From: Podarcis liolepis
Taxonomy: Eukaryota
NCBI GenBank assembly: GCA_965112155.1
Contig: OZ218102.1
Length of the DNA: 64,000 nt
Direction: 5' to 3' (one strand)
The translations under genes were made by a program, and so were the position numbers. Below the pieces are notes generated by a model. That model worked only from the letters and a program-made list of their open reading frames with translations. It did not search any database and was not told the origin of the DNA. This document shows, piece by piece, positions 1 to 13,300 of this stretch (position 1 is the first letter of the stretch; every line of letters starts with the position of its first letter).

Positions 1-1552
1 CCAACATGCAGTTGTAGCCTCTACACTAACCTCTACACAGAGTAGACCCTTCAAAATGAATAGACCTAAGGTAGTCATCTCCATTAATTTCAGTATGACT
101 AAGACTGTACAGTACTCAACTGAGGGTGTGATAGTACAGTATATCTCTTTTCAACCACCTTCATTGGCTTCCTGTTTGCTTCTCTACTGAATTCAAAGTG
201 CTGGTGCTTATTTATTTACCAAGTTTTACATCCTGCCTTCCTTCAAGGAATTCAAGCTGATTGCATGGGATTCCCTGTGTAACTTCAGCAAAGTGGTTGC
301 CTCATGACCCTTCAGATCAAATTTTCACTTTGGAAGTGGTGTTTGAACTTGCCAGTAGCTGGGGGATGGGTGCTGAAATGGCAGTAAAATCTAGGGGTGT
401 GTTTTTTTGTAACCAACTTAGGCTTGCTTACCCTACCTGGGGAGAATGGACTTTGCCTTATTCATAATTCAGGATGCCCTACTTCAATGAACGCTGTGGG
501 GGGGGGGGAGTCTCCTTAGAGATGGTTTGGAAATTTCAGCTGCTCCAAAATGCTGTTTGGGGTCAGTTAGTCACAGCATATCATGCCCATATTGTTACTT
601 CAGTCTCATTTCTTTATTGAGTTTATGACAGGTGTTACAGTTAAAATGCTTTTGGCACTTCACAGATTAATTCTTTGGTTCATGAGCGAGGGACACTTTT
701 CGTCAGTTACCCACACTATTTGCAATTCTACCACTGAGGTACTCCAATTAGTACTCAGGGAGTTACCTCACCCCTTGTTACCGGCTTGGGAATCTTTTCC
801 TAGAAAAACTCTCTCCTCCTGACTGGAATGAGACCCAGGGAGTCTGTATTCCCACAGCTTCTACCTCTCCTGCCTCAGACTCAGCCCTCCAGTGAACTCC
901 TGCCTGTTTACCTTCCTCAGACACTCAACGCCATCTTCCTTTCGAAGCTGCGAGGCTCTTTCCTCTTGCTGTGGACGGTCTCCTCAGAACAGATGTTCAA
1001 TTCAAATCAGATTCTCTCAGACAAACCCTCTCCTAATCCCTATCTCCCATCTCAAATTGAGCCCTCTCTCTCTCAAACTAAACCCTCGGTCCCTTCTCTA
1101 TCCCTGTCTAACTCTGTCCCTCAAAAACTGCTCCTTTTATTCTTCCCTCCAAAATGCTGCTCCACAAACAGCCCCCCGCCCCCCGGCTAGCTGTCTTGGT
1201 GGTCATCAGAGAGAAGCTCCAGCCCTCTGGGTGCAATTCTGAAGGACTTCATCACCAGACTTTGGTCTGGTTCCACTGTCTGTCACAAATACTATTATGT
1301 TGGTGGTTATATGCAACAAGACCTTCTCAGAGGTGGCCTCACAGCTGTGGAATTTCATCCCATGTGAGGTCAGGCAAGCCCCGCCCCTGGATAATTTTAA
1401 ACAGGCCTTTTTTATGGCCTTCAGAAGCTAAATGCAAATATTGCTGTATAAATGGCATTGCGGCCTAGTTTCTAAATAGGCTATTTGCTATTTCCCTGCT
1501 GGCTTTTAGAAAATACGGCACAGATATTTTAAATGGTTTTAAAATTTGTTTT

Positions 1553-2767
1553 TTTTTATATAATAATATTTTATTGCAAATTTTAAACAAAGAATATCAC
1601 CAGACATATACAATACCTTCACCAAAAAGTAACAAACAGAAAAAAAAACATACAAAGACAGAAACATAAACATAAAGTGAAAAAATCATAACCGTTCATA
1701 TATCATTTTTTCATACCTACTTGGACTTCCTCACACCTCCCTTTCCTGCGTTCTCCATAATAAAGTTATATACAGCAATTTATTACCTTGTTTCATTTCT
1801 TATTTCTAACTCTCAAGCGTTATGTCTCAAACTTTAAATATTTTTATCTAATACTTAACTGCTTAATTTAGACATAACATTACTTCAAATTTCAACTTTA
1901 TCATTAAATTCCACTTATTGTCATATATCTTTCAACAAAATTACTGATGCCATGTTGTTTCCTTTCGTGCACTTTCTTAAGATTCATACAATTTATAGTG
2001 TTTTTGTAAATAGTCTTTAAACTTTTTCCAATCCTCTTCCACTGTCTCTTCTCCCAGGTCTCGGATTCTGCCGGTCATTTCAGCCAGCTCCATGTAGTCT
2101 GTCAGTTGCATCTGCCATTCTTCCAGTGTGGGCAGATCTTGTGTCTTCCAATATTTTGCAATAAGTATTCTTGCTGCTGTTGCGTACATAAAGAAAGTTC
2201 TGTCCTTCTTTAACACCCTCTGGCCAACAATGCCCAGAAGGAAGGCCTCTGGTTTCTTAGGGAAGGTATACTTAAATACCTTTTTCAGCTCATTGTAAAT
2301 CATTTCCCAGAAGGCCTTCACTCTCGGACAAGTCCACCAGAGGTGAAAGAATGTTCCTTCAGTCTCCTTACATTTCCAACATTTATTATCATGCAGATGG
2401 TATATTTTTGCAAGTTTGACTGGGGTCATGTACCACCTATATATCATTTTTATAATATTTTCTTTCAAGGCATTACAGGCCGTGAACTTCACACCTGTGT
2501 CTGCAAACATAATGTTGTACCCAATGTCCTGCGCCCATTTTATCATTGCTGATTTAACTGTTTCGTCCTGAGTGTTCCATTTTAACAGCAAGTTATACAT
2601 TTTTGAAAGTACCTTAGTCTTAGATTCTAACAATTCTGTTTCTAATTTCGATTTTTCCACCTGGAAACCTTTCTTTTTGTCCGAAATAAAAGTCTCCCTA
2701 ATCTGAGCATAATGTAACCAATCTCGCACTTTGTCCTTTAATTTCTCCAAGCTCTGCAGCCTCCAAG
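1553..2767 (-). mobile_element. 5'-truncated L1-clade LINE (ORF2 C-terminus with CCHC/zf-RVT region, 3' UTR, poly(A)) with 14-bp TSD
   Basis: ORF contains CWKCKETEGTFFHLWWTCPRVKAFW; AATAAA and A-tail at ~1553-1575; TTAAAATTTGTTTT duplicated at 1539-1552 and 2768-2781. Confidence 0.9.
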
Positions 2768-2809
2768 TTAAAATTTGTTTTGAAATACAAATGATTCTCA
2801 ATTAGGGTT

Positions 2810-3675
2810 TGATGTGAGTGTGGAGAAATTACCGTTTAAAATGTTTCCTGAGACAGGGTTTTGTTTTTTTTAAAAAAAGTTTGCTGTGGAAGTGGGGTTA
2901 TGTGAAGGATTAAGTTTAAAAAACCATGAATCTGAGGGTAGATGGCAGTTGGCAGCTACTGAGTTGCAAAAAGAATGGTCATGGAAAAGCGGGTTCTTTT
3001 TATATGGACCAAGAGGATTGTGAAATTTCACTGGGTAGAAATTCTTGGTCACTTATTGGACACAAAGAAAGTGGTCTGGTGAGGGGGTAGAATTATACGC
3101 CCCTCAAATCTGACTGGTTGGTTGCAAGTGTAGGCTGGCTGGAACATAAAAAGAACCATTCTCAGTGTATTTTTGCTCTGCTAAACATTTGAAAAGGGCG
3201 TGTTTATTCTTCCGCTGCTGCTGCTGCAGCTGCTTCTGCCATTTTCATCCCGCACTATTTCAGTTACTTTTGAGTTGAAATCTGACAAACATTTTTTGTG
3301 CTTGCTTTGCACCAGGAATGCAATGTTGGGGTTATTTGCAATGAATAATACATTGACATTTTATTCTCCTGAGGAAACAACTTTATTTTGAATTCTTTGT
3401 TTTGGTGTGCTCATTTGAGGCTGGAACATTTTGTACACTTAGCTGCAGGAACCGGAATAGCTGGTTGCACCCTTCTGCTCCACTTATTAGGATCCCAGCA
3501 ATAAAATTGTCTAATTTCATATCTACTCCCGTATGTCTCCCCCCCCTTTACTGCTGATGTAATTATTTTAATTAAAATTCCCCTGTTCCCACAGACTCAG
3601 GCAAACTTACTATTAATAAAGCAATATTTCCTTTGCTTTTTGCTTATCCTCATCGTTTACTTAACCTCCCTACAA
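2810..3675 (+). mobile_element. LTR-like relic related to 25156-25931 (boundaries uncertain)
   Basis: Shared sequence blocks; AATAAA at ~3615. Confidence 0.4.
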
Positions 3676-5185
3676 ATACTTTTCATTGAAATTATTTTAA
3701 ACAAAATCTTAAAAACTGTCCTTTTCCCCCCACGGGGGGGGGGGGGGGGAGGCAGGCACTGGGTAGAATGTGCTGATTATTTTGTTCCTATCAGCATCCT
3801 ACTGGCTGCATATCGAACCAATGACAATCTCCAAAGGCAGCCACAGACAGCAATGCCAGTAGCCCAGTCTGAATTTAACCAGTGCAGGAGTAACCAAAAG
3901 CAAATTGCCATTTCCTGCTAGCTTTAGCAGCCTAGCAAAAGCTGGTAAAAGTCTTTCCAGAGACCAATGCTACCTGGGTAAGCAGAAACAATGAATCACA
4001 GAGAACACCCAAATTACATCCTTACCTTTCTTTAGCTCTCTCCATATCTTCACCCCTGTCTTTGTACCATTGTTTCCAGTTCTATCTCTGCCCATGAGCT
4101 TCAGTCCTCCAGTTTGAACCAGCTCAGCCACCGGCTCTGCCTACTCTTCCTTGCTACCTCTCGTGCCTACTTCTAAGAGTATTTAGCGAACGGGTAGGTG
4201 ATGTGGTGCCCTCCAGATGTTTAGTGGACTTCAACTCTCATCAGCCCCAGCCAGCATCACCAATGGGCAAGAATGATGGGAGATGCACTCCATTGGTGAT
4301 ATTCCATTAAACATTTGCACCAGTGCAATGGGATTTCCTCCCTCTCCTCTCCTCCTGTGTGACCTGAACCGTTACCAAATCTGCTCTGGAGGGTTGGAGG
4401 AACCCCCAGTACAGATTCTGGGGATACATGGTGTGCGTGAGAACAGTACAAGGAGAAATCTTGCATTGGAGGAATGTTCTCCTTATTGTTAGGTTGAATA
4501 CAAGCCCATTACACCAAGAGGGCACCATGTTGGCTACCCCTGATCTAGACAGTGCTCCCTTTTTGTCTTCATTCAGATCCCCACCTTTAAGCTTCACCTT
4601 GCCAGTAAAACCTTTGGCTTACCCTCTTAAGTCACCATCACCGGCTAAATTTTAAGCTGTGTTTTTATCTTGTGTTCTCATCCTGTGAACCACACTGGGA
4701 AGGGAGGTATATAAATATAAATAGTAGCAGTAGCAGCATCTAAAGTACATGTATTCATTCATACCCACCCCTTGCCCCTTAACATCAGCTTCTCTTAGCA
4801 GAAGCTCGTCTTTTGGGCTTAACTCTGTACAGCAGCACATAGACTGATAAAATTTCAACCAGCGCTGGCAACAGGGCTCTATATTGTTACAAGTTCCTTA
4901 ACATATATCCCAAGCTGCCTATGGCTGGAAACGAGGATACTGGACTTTGATGGGCTACTTGCTTCACCTAGTGTTCATTGCAGTTTGAATCTGAAGCTGC
5001 AAGCAAGAACCGACCGCAACCAGTGCACAGAGTTGGTGTTTGGTGTTGCCGCAGTCATCCCCACCGTTAAGGAGAAAAGTCCCAACTGATGCAACAAGCT
5101 GGAGAGATGAAATGGCACAAGAGCATTTTGAAAAGCGGATGAAGACGATGCCGCGAAAGAAATGCATGAGCCAGGTGGCATGCAT

Positions 5186-5250
5186 TTAGCAGGGGGTTGG
5201 ACTCGATGGCCCTTGTGGTCTATTCCAACTCTATGATTCTATGGTTCTAG
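5186..5250 (+). mobile_element. CR1-type 3' tail fragment
   Basis: GCAGGGGGTTGGACTCGATGGCC...TTCCAACTCTATGATTCTATG. Confidence 0.75.
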
Positions 5251-5732
5251 GTGGGAACACTCAGTTTGGTGTCAGATAGGCGTGAAAGCATGAGATCCAT
5301 TACATTTAGAACAGGTTTAAACATATTAAAATTCTGGACCCACTTTCAATAAGGCACAGGATTCATGTTTGTTTGTTTTCTTTTACCATATACCACCCCC
5401 CCCCCTTTTTACACCCTTACATTATCCAGAGACACAGAAAGAGAGAGGAAGCTAAAAGTATATTATTTATAATCAGAGCATAGGTTGCTTTGTGGACAAA
5501 AAGAACTAATTTTAACTATATAGTTTCAAAATTCCGAGGGGTAAAGAGAAAAATCATATATTGTTTGTTTGCAGAACTCAGCATAGCTAAAATTGTACAA
5601 TCCTTCTAGCAAAGCTGAACATTTAAAGCCAAGTTTTAAAGTCAAGCCAAACAAAATGAGCCCCACAAAAAGCCAAAGCCAACACAGATGGCATTAACGT
5701 TATAAAAAAGAGACTACTTGTTTAAAAGCCTT

Positions 5733-5738
5733 TTTATT
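5733..5738 (-). terminator. Probable polyadenylation signal AATAAA with downstream GU/U-rich element
   Basis: Minus strand reads AATAAAAAGGCTTTTAAACAAGTAG...TCTGTGTTGGCTTTGGCTTTTTGTGGGG, a hexamer followed by a GU-rich tract. Confidence 0.6.
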
Positions 5739-6710
5739 TTCCTTCACCATTATTGTTTTACAATACAAATTTCACCTTGTTGAACACACAAAAAAACCCT
5801 ACAGAAGATAACTCTGTTTCACGTAAAATACAGAATGAATATATATATTTTTATATAGATAGATAGATATATGCTTCTTCATTCTTAAAAAACTATTTTG
5901 TTCTGCACATTGGCAAGTATAGGATAGAATACTTCCCCCAGACACAATATGTATGGCAGGACTGAAATTTTAGAGTTACATGCAGTTTCTGCACAATTCT
6001 GTTTTCAAGAAATCAATTGTTTTTCAACAAAATTTTCATTCAGGGATGAGACATTGTTTATAGTTTGATTTTTGATTTGCTGATCATTTGGAGAGAAAAA
6101 TAATCTTATAAAAAGGAATCCATAGCTGTTTTCTTGCTATAGTTAAAATCCATGTATGGAATGGACAATAAAATAATTTAAGAAGCAAATTTCACTCTAA
6201 CCTCTCCACAATATGTGAAGACTTGATTATGGTATTTGGTTTTTCTTCCAATTTAGTCATCTGAACATTGCAAGCAGATTCCCAATTTAATTTAGATATA
6301 AAATCAAAATTTAGTAATGTATACAATACATATAATATTTGTTTCATGGAATACTTTATTTTAAATTAAAACTTGTAAAGACTGCCTACTGACCATACTA
6401 TCAAGACAAGAAAGGCACTAGAAACAGATACATCTCTCTCCCAAGAAGCTTTTTTTTATTTTAACTCTTTTCTCTGACATGTAAAAATCTTTTTTAGATT
6501 TTATTTTTACGCATATCATTTTGAAAAATAAAGTTAGGAAATACTTAGAAAAATCACTTTACAACAGAATAATTTTTTTGCACTTTTTGACACTGTCACT
6601 GCAGATTTACAAAATCAAAGTTTACCAAACCTTTCTGTGTCTATCATTAGTAGCTTCAGTGAAACAGGTAGAAAGATTCCTGTATATTATTATCCCAATC
6701 AGGTATTTAG

Positions 6711-6866
6711 NNNNNNNNNNNNNNNNNNNNNNNNNNNNNNNNNNNNNNNNNNNNNNNNNNNNNNNNNNNNNNNNNNNNNNNNNNNNNNNNNNNNNNNNNN
6801 NNNNNNNNNNNNNNNNNNNNNNNNNNNNNNNNNNNNNNNNNNNNNNNNNNNNNNNNNNNNNNNNNN
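6711..6866. other. Assembly gap (156 N)
   Basis: Run of N. Confidence 1.
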
Positions 6867-7168
6867 TACGCTGCTGCATCATATACAAAGAAACATGGTG
6901 ATGAGCAATGCAAATCCAAAATCTATTAACAAGAAATGTATACAGTGCATGATAATTTACGGTTTCCTTATTGTTGTCCATCGCAGATCCTTTGGAGAGA
7001 GAAAAAGATCACAGTGCTTACCAGGTAAGAGACTAGATTACAGTCAAGGTAATGGTTAAAAGGTAGAGGAAAGGGAGCAGTTCAGTTTTTATGGCATCTC
7101 TTCTTGCGGAGTTCTTAGCACTTTTGGACAGTTCTTTTGCCATCTCTTCTTCTTCTTTTTTGTAGCTG

Positions 7169-7348
7169 TTATGTGTCATTCACCAATCTGCTGTACTTAG
7201 GCTGTCTACCCAGTCGGAGAGCTTGCCAAGAAAATGGCCAGTGGTAAGAGCGTGGGACAATGCCCGGAACATTCTTTTCAAAGTACTGGAAGGGTCTATA
7301 CCACCACACTCGTGCAAGGAGGTTTGTCTGGGAAGCTTCTTTTAGCAC
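7169..7348 (-). CDS. SGMS1: SGMS1 last coding exon (VLKEASQTNLLARVWW...KYSRLVNDT*)
   Basis: Acceptor gttgttttgcag|GTG; TAA stop ends at 7169; C-terminal KYSRLVNDT typical of SMS1. Confidence 0.97.
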   Translation of the reverse strand: MLKEASQTNLLARVWWYRPFQYFEKNVPGIVPRSYHWPFSWQALRLGRQPKYSRLVNDT

Positions 7349-10300
7349 CTGCAAAACAACAGTGTTTACAAATGAAGCCTCAATAAAGGAAAACCAGCAG
7401 GCGGCAGTTTATTTGCTCTTCCAATATATTTCATGCCTGAAGCACATTATTAGGGTCCCATTATGACTACTACTTTTTGGGGCTGGGGGACAGAAGAAAC
7501 ATAGGGGAGAGCTTGCTATGTACCCCATCACACCAACAGAAAAGAAGAAGAGTACAACAGAAGTGGCACATGCAAACTATGATTCAAATGTGCTTTGCTT
7601 CAGGAACTCTTTTTCCTTATCATATCTTGTTATATCTCGAGAAGCAATCAATGTTTTTGCATAGTATCTATTAATAATGGTTTCACATCTTAGAACAAAA
7701 AAAAACCCTGTCCCTGACTGTTTCACAAGTAGGAAAGCACCCAGCAGGAAGTACTTAACATATTCAGGACAAGCCTGAAAGGCAGATATGAGTAGCCAAA
7801 CTTGTTTGAGCTTGTTGCTTCTCACTCTCCCACCCAAGTCCCCTCCTCATGACAGAAAGTGTGAATGCACACATATATAATTTTTGCTTTCCTAGAGGGT
7901 CTGGATAAAAAATCAGATCCAGTGCAATAACAAATGTATTGGAATAGGTCAGCTTAAGCTGTTGGGGGAAAAGAGACTCACTTGTTGGTTGGCCATTGTG
8001 TGATACCACCAGAAAAGTCTTGTAGTGATGTAGTAAGCCACCACCACATCCACAGTGTAGTGGTCGTGAGCCAAGAGGATACAGAACATCCCCACTAAGC
8101 TGAGAGTCCAACAAACCCAATGATACCACCAGAGTCGCCGAGGTGAATCTGAAGGCAAGGAAAGGTGGAAAGCATTAATGCGACGCACATAGCACATTCT
8201 CCTTCACAGGGTGAAGAATTAAACACAGTATCATAAGCTGAACATCTTCAAATGGGATAACCCCCAGCATTCTGTGGAATGGAAAGAGGATAGTAACAAT
8301 ATCATAGATATCTGTGGCCTCAGAACTCTAGCTGCCATTGCCTCCCTGAGGGAACAGTGCAGCCATTCAAATGAGAGCTCAATTTAAGCATGCATTTCTT
8401 GTTTACTTACTATTGCTATCATTGTCACTACAATTTATTACCTGCCCTTCTTCACCCCCAAGCCCCAGGGTGGGTTACCACAATTAAACACAGTATTAAA
8501 AGCAGTTTAAAGCAATTTAAAATTGCCAGACACACTTCTGTTAGAAGGGAGTTTCACAACCTAGGGTCTGCCACAGATAATGCCTCTCCCTGGACCATCA
8601 CCCTCCAAGCTTCTGAAGGCTGTGGAAGGGTGCTCCCTCCAATGATCTTACTATCCAAGACAGTCTGTAGGGAATGAGTTGACTTTTTCCCAGGTATTTG
8701 GGGTCTAAGTCATTTAGGGCTTTAAACATTAACATGAACACATTGAATCGGGCCCAGAAACTTACTGGCAACCTGTGCAGCTGTTTTAAACAGGGGTCAT
8801 ATGAGATCTGAAGGGAACCACAGACCACTGCACTCCCTCCATCTCTCCCTCAATAATTGTTATCAAGCACGGCTAGCAAAGTGGTCTGAAGCCAGACTGG
8901 AATGGAATCAAATAACCAGCTTCCTCCAAGCATGCCTGAAGCTGGACTGCCACCAGCTTCTTGAGCACCTTGGCGGAATGGGGTGGGGTGGAGGAATGGG
9001 GTGTTTGCAGGCTTTATCAATGGTGTTTCAAATATATGCAATTTCACCTACACGCCCAGTGCCTCAGAACATAAATGTGGAGTTGCCTGTATACTGTACT
9101 AGTTTCCACTTTTAATAAGCAGTTATCAGCCATAAAGCATACAAAAACAAAATTGAAAGAACCAAAATGAATGGGAGGATCATGATTCTCCAAGAATTAC
9201 AAGTGTATGGGTATTTATTGATGCTTCAACTCTGCAACTGGTTTATAAACGGCTAATACTGAAATTAGGTAGCAGAGAATTAATCATGACAAAGGGAACC
9301 AAAGACTTAGGCTAATCTTCTTCCAATCTCAGTTGCTTTAGAGTTGAATTGGTTTTCCCATTAATCTTGGCTGCAGATCAGAAATGACTGAGCCAGCCAC
9401 ACCAGACCAGCACAATTGTATTAGCATTCAGATGTGATGTCAGGTAAAACTTTTATTCAGCAACCATTTTCCTTGGAAAATACATTAACATAAACTACAC
9501 TCCAATCCCAGCAAACAAATATTATTAAGATGAGATGTGCCTTTCCTTTTCCCCCAGTTTGTTTTACACCGTAAGTTGTTGTTGTCATAATAAGAGGATG
9601 AGAATGCTGTGCAATGAGTTTGGATAGAAGGGCTAAGTTACGTTTTATTCCCATTATATGTTCCTCTAAAAACATGCTCAAAGGAAGCCTAGCGTTCTTT
9701 GTTAAGAGTTTCTGTGTTTACTTTCATTGTTGGATATTTATTTCCACTGACATGCTTTTTAGCAAAATTATCAAGGTACAAAGCGCTAACAGCAAGGCAG
9801 TATTTTACAGTGTGTTCTCATATTAACTAACATACATTTTTTAGTCCAAAACTGAAAAAGTCAAACTTACACTCTTTGATAAATAAGTATGTAAGTGTTA
9901 GCATAACTGTGTGACCGCTGAACAAGTAGTCACCACACAGATCGTGTGATCCTGTGATGGACAGCCCGCCTCCAGCAAGCATCTTCATTATCCTCCTCAT
10001 GTGCGATTCCCAGTCTCCAAAGAGCTGATGGAAGGAGGGGGGGGGAGGAAACATCAGCACATTTCATATTAAGATCGATACCATTTAGAATAATCTTATA
10101 AAAGAAAGCTTAATTTACATTCAGAACCTGGCAATTTTTAAAAAAATATATCTTATTAGGCATTAAGACTCTATACCACTTAATGCATCATAGCATTCAA
10201 TAAAAATATCTTTTTTAAACACACACACACACACACGATCCTAAGAAGCCAACAACCATGTCTTTGCATTCGTGAATTTTTCAGCAAGGGAAAGGCTTAA

Positions 10301-13300
10301 GAATTGAAATAATATCACTTCAATTATTTCAACTGCAAATGCATGAGTAATTAAAAATATAGGGTTGTATCGAACAAAGCCATCCCATTAGCGCTAGGAC
10401 TTCTGCTTGCATAATTGGATTTCTTCTCCTTTGCTCGTACCTTCCCTGCCCCTCCCTCCAAATCAGCTCCAGAGGGTTGAGGAACCCCCTGAACACATTT
10501 GGGAGGCATTTAGAGAGAAGAACTCCCACTGCACAGGCGCTAGTAGTATGACTTTGTTCGATACAACCCAAAGTCAAAAAAAGCAAATAACTTGCCCAGA
10601 ACCATCATTTGCTAGGTCATAATTTGGCCAAAGAGAAATCAATTGTCATCTTCTTTAAAGAAGCTTGTTGGCTGATAAGAAATGGCTGATATGCATGTTA
10701 TCCTCCATGGTTACTATGTACATAAGGCAAGATCCAGCCAGCGTTGCGCACTTTTAATAGCCAATGGTCTCACATGTTAAACACATGCCTATTAAACATT
10801 ATAAATCTCGCCTGAAAAATCACGATATTAGAATTCATAAAACATCTGGGATTCACATTGGCTTCTGAGATCATTACTCTCACTGCTATTACATTTTTCT
10901 CTCTCTCTGAGAGCTCCCTCTGCAACAAAAGGAGCTAAAGATAATTAACAGGTGCCTGCAGGCTGTAAGCAGCTCACCTCCAATGACCATGCCTGGGAGC
11001 ATATCTTAACAGCAGATAAATGGCCATTCAGATACAATAAAATAAAACTAGCAAGGAATAGCGAAATGTTTATAAGTGCTCCCATTTAAAATCCTGTCCC
11101 TGCCCCCAACCGGGTGGGCATGGCTCACAATGTTAAATGATGCCCATTACTGTGTAGAAAAAGTGTTCCTGCTCAAGCCATGTAAATGGGTAACTTGTCT
11201 GTATTCCCTCAGTGGCTATAAAGGCATAATTGAGAATGGTTTGTAAACCCTGGCAGCACACTGTGGAATGAAAAGGAGAGGTGTAGAGCTCCTCCTAGAA
11301 GAACAGCTGTTCAATCCTGTATCTAGCACTTGCCTTCTATAATATACAAGTGCTGGAACATAGACAATAAACCAATAGCAACCATGTGTGAGATGTTCCT
11401 TATAAGTACCATGGCTTCATATTATTTCAGCCAAATAGTAATTAAACTTGTCAAACTGCAATATCCAGTGGAGCCCTGCAGGCACTAACTCTGCATGAAT
11501 CGGGTCAAAACAGATAAACAGGAAGCTCCAGCTGCCTCTCACAAGCTGCTCGCCATCATCTTGGATTCCTCTCACCCCAACATTAGTTCTACAAAATAAT
11601 AAGGTTCACCTTTGGATATACAAGTATATACAAGGCTTGGTCTGCAGGATTTGTACATCGACACCAATGACTATTTTGGCATCCAATAAAGACCTACAGG
11701 TCCACTGGAATAGTATGCTAACCCCCTGACATGGTATATTTAGGAACTCCTCTTTCTCTATCCCAGGGGTGACAAACTTGCAGCCATCCAGCTGTTGTGG
11801 GAGCCTCATCTGCTCTAGCTAGCATAGCCAATTGTCAAGGATTATGGGATCTGTAGTTCAGCATCATCTGTAGAGCCACTTCTCCTTAGGTTTGTTTAGA
11901 AACAGGGAGCTTTGCGATGGCAAGGCAAACAACGGACAAGAGATTCACAAAAACCTTGCTGCAAATGGCATGCACAGTGCTTGAGAAAACATTACGCAGT
12001 GAAGAATATAACTCTTTCCCGTTATTGTGTCTGCCCTCTATCATGCAATGAAGATTTATAAAGGATTGTTGAGGCTACTCCTCTTCCAGTGACAGAGTTA
12101 TGGCATGTTTGTGGGATGTTGTGCAGATAGCAATGCTTGCATGGATATAATCTGAAATGCCAATGGTAAAACAAGGTTGATGCCAGAGATAGCGACAACA
12201 ACCCCCTGTCATGCTTGCTTGTACAACCAACGGACCTCATCTGTCCTGCTTGGTGAAAATCACTAAGCATCCCCAGTGCTCTACTGCATGGTATAAAAGT
12301 AACAATTGCCACTGAAGATGGTAGTCACAAACAATCCCATAAATTATGAACCAGTCTTTCGCATTTTCATTTCAGGGATGGTGACTTGATGGTTGCAACT
12401 CAGCTCCTGACTACCCTGGCTTTTCAAGGATTTTTATTTATTTATTTAGCAGGATTTATATACTGTTTAGTCATCAAAACCTAAGTGAGTTACAAAATTT
12501 ACTAATAAAACTCAGGTGTTCCAACACAAAGTTAGCCTAAAGGTTTTCAAAATAAAATCAAAGAGTTTTTAAAATAGGCATTGTAAATCAAACTACATAT
12601 TTAAACACATGTCAAATGCATGTCTCTAGGCAGGCTCCTGCAAAAACAAACAAAAAAACAACCCTTTCTAGTGGGTGCTGAAAACAGTACAGCAAAAGCA
12701 CCTGCCTAATATCAATGGGCAAGGAGTTCCAAAGTGTACTGTAGGTGCCACTGCACTGAAAGTGATGATTCCCTGCAAGTTTGTCAGCAACATTATGTGG
12801 CACCTGTAGGAGTGGTGGTTCTATAGTTCTTGTCCAGGTTCTGGCCTAAGCACGAGGCAGAGATATAGTCAACCATAGTATGAGTTGCATCTCTATACCA
12901 GCAGAGGGAAATCAACACCACTGAGCTTCCTGGAAATTTCAGCAACCTGCTACATGTGTCTCCAGCAGACGCTGATGGTATAAGCACAGGTTAGTCCTAG
13001 TAATGTCTAAAAACCATGTTCAAAATGTGGCAATAGGGGACTCCCTACATTCTGGGAATGTATGCAGCTCTATCCTTTGTAGTGAGGAAGTCACTAGTAG
13101 TTGTGCTCAAGCTCCGACGGTGCTGATCACCTTTCAAGAGGGCTGGTGGGAATGTGGACTGCCTTCAGAATGACAATCATATGACTGCTCTCAAATTGAA
13201 CACTGTTTGTTTCAGGTGATCCAAGGAAGGTGGTACTGAGCTAAATTCTGATAGAACCTGTTTATTATCAAACACTACGGTTGAGCAACAAGCAATACTG

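Larger units (their letters stand above)
5710..7168 (-). other. SGMS1: SGMS1 3' UTR (approximate), AT-rich, contains an assembly gap
   Basis: AT-rich stretch with no recognisable TE between the stop codon and the poly(A) signal at 5733-5738. Confidence 0.7.

Noticed and set aside
590-1320. Possible minus-strand LTR and Pro/Ser-rich ORFs
   Set aside because: Composition is LTR-like, but I could not fix termini or a TSD; the ORFs are low-complexity.
6521-7059. ORFs containing X runs
   Set aside because: Artefacts of the N gap in the 3' UTR.
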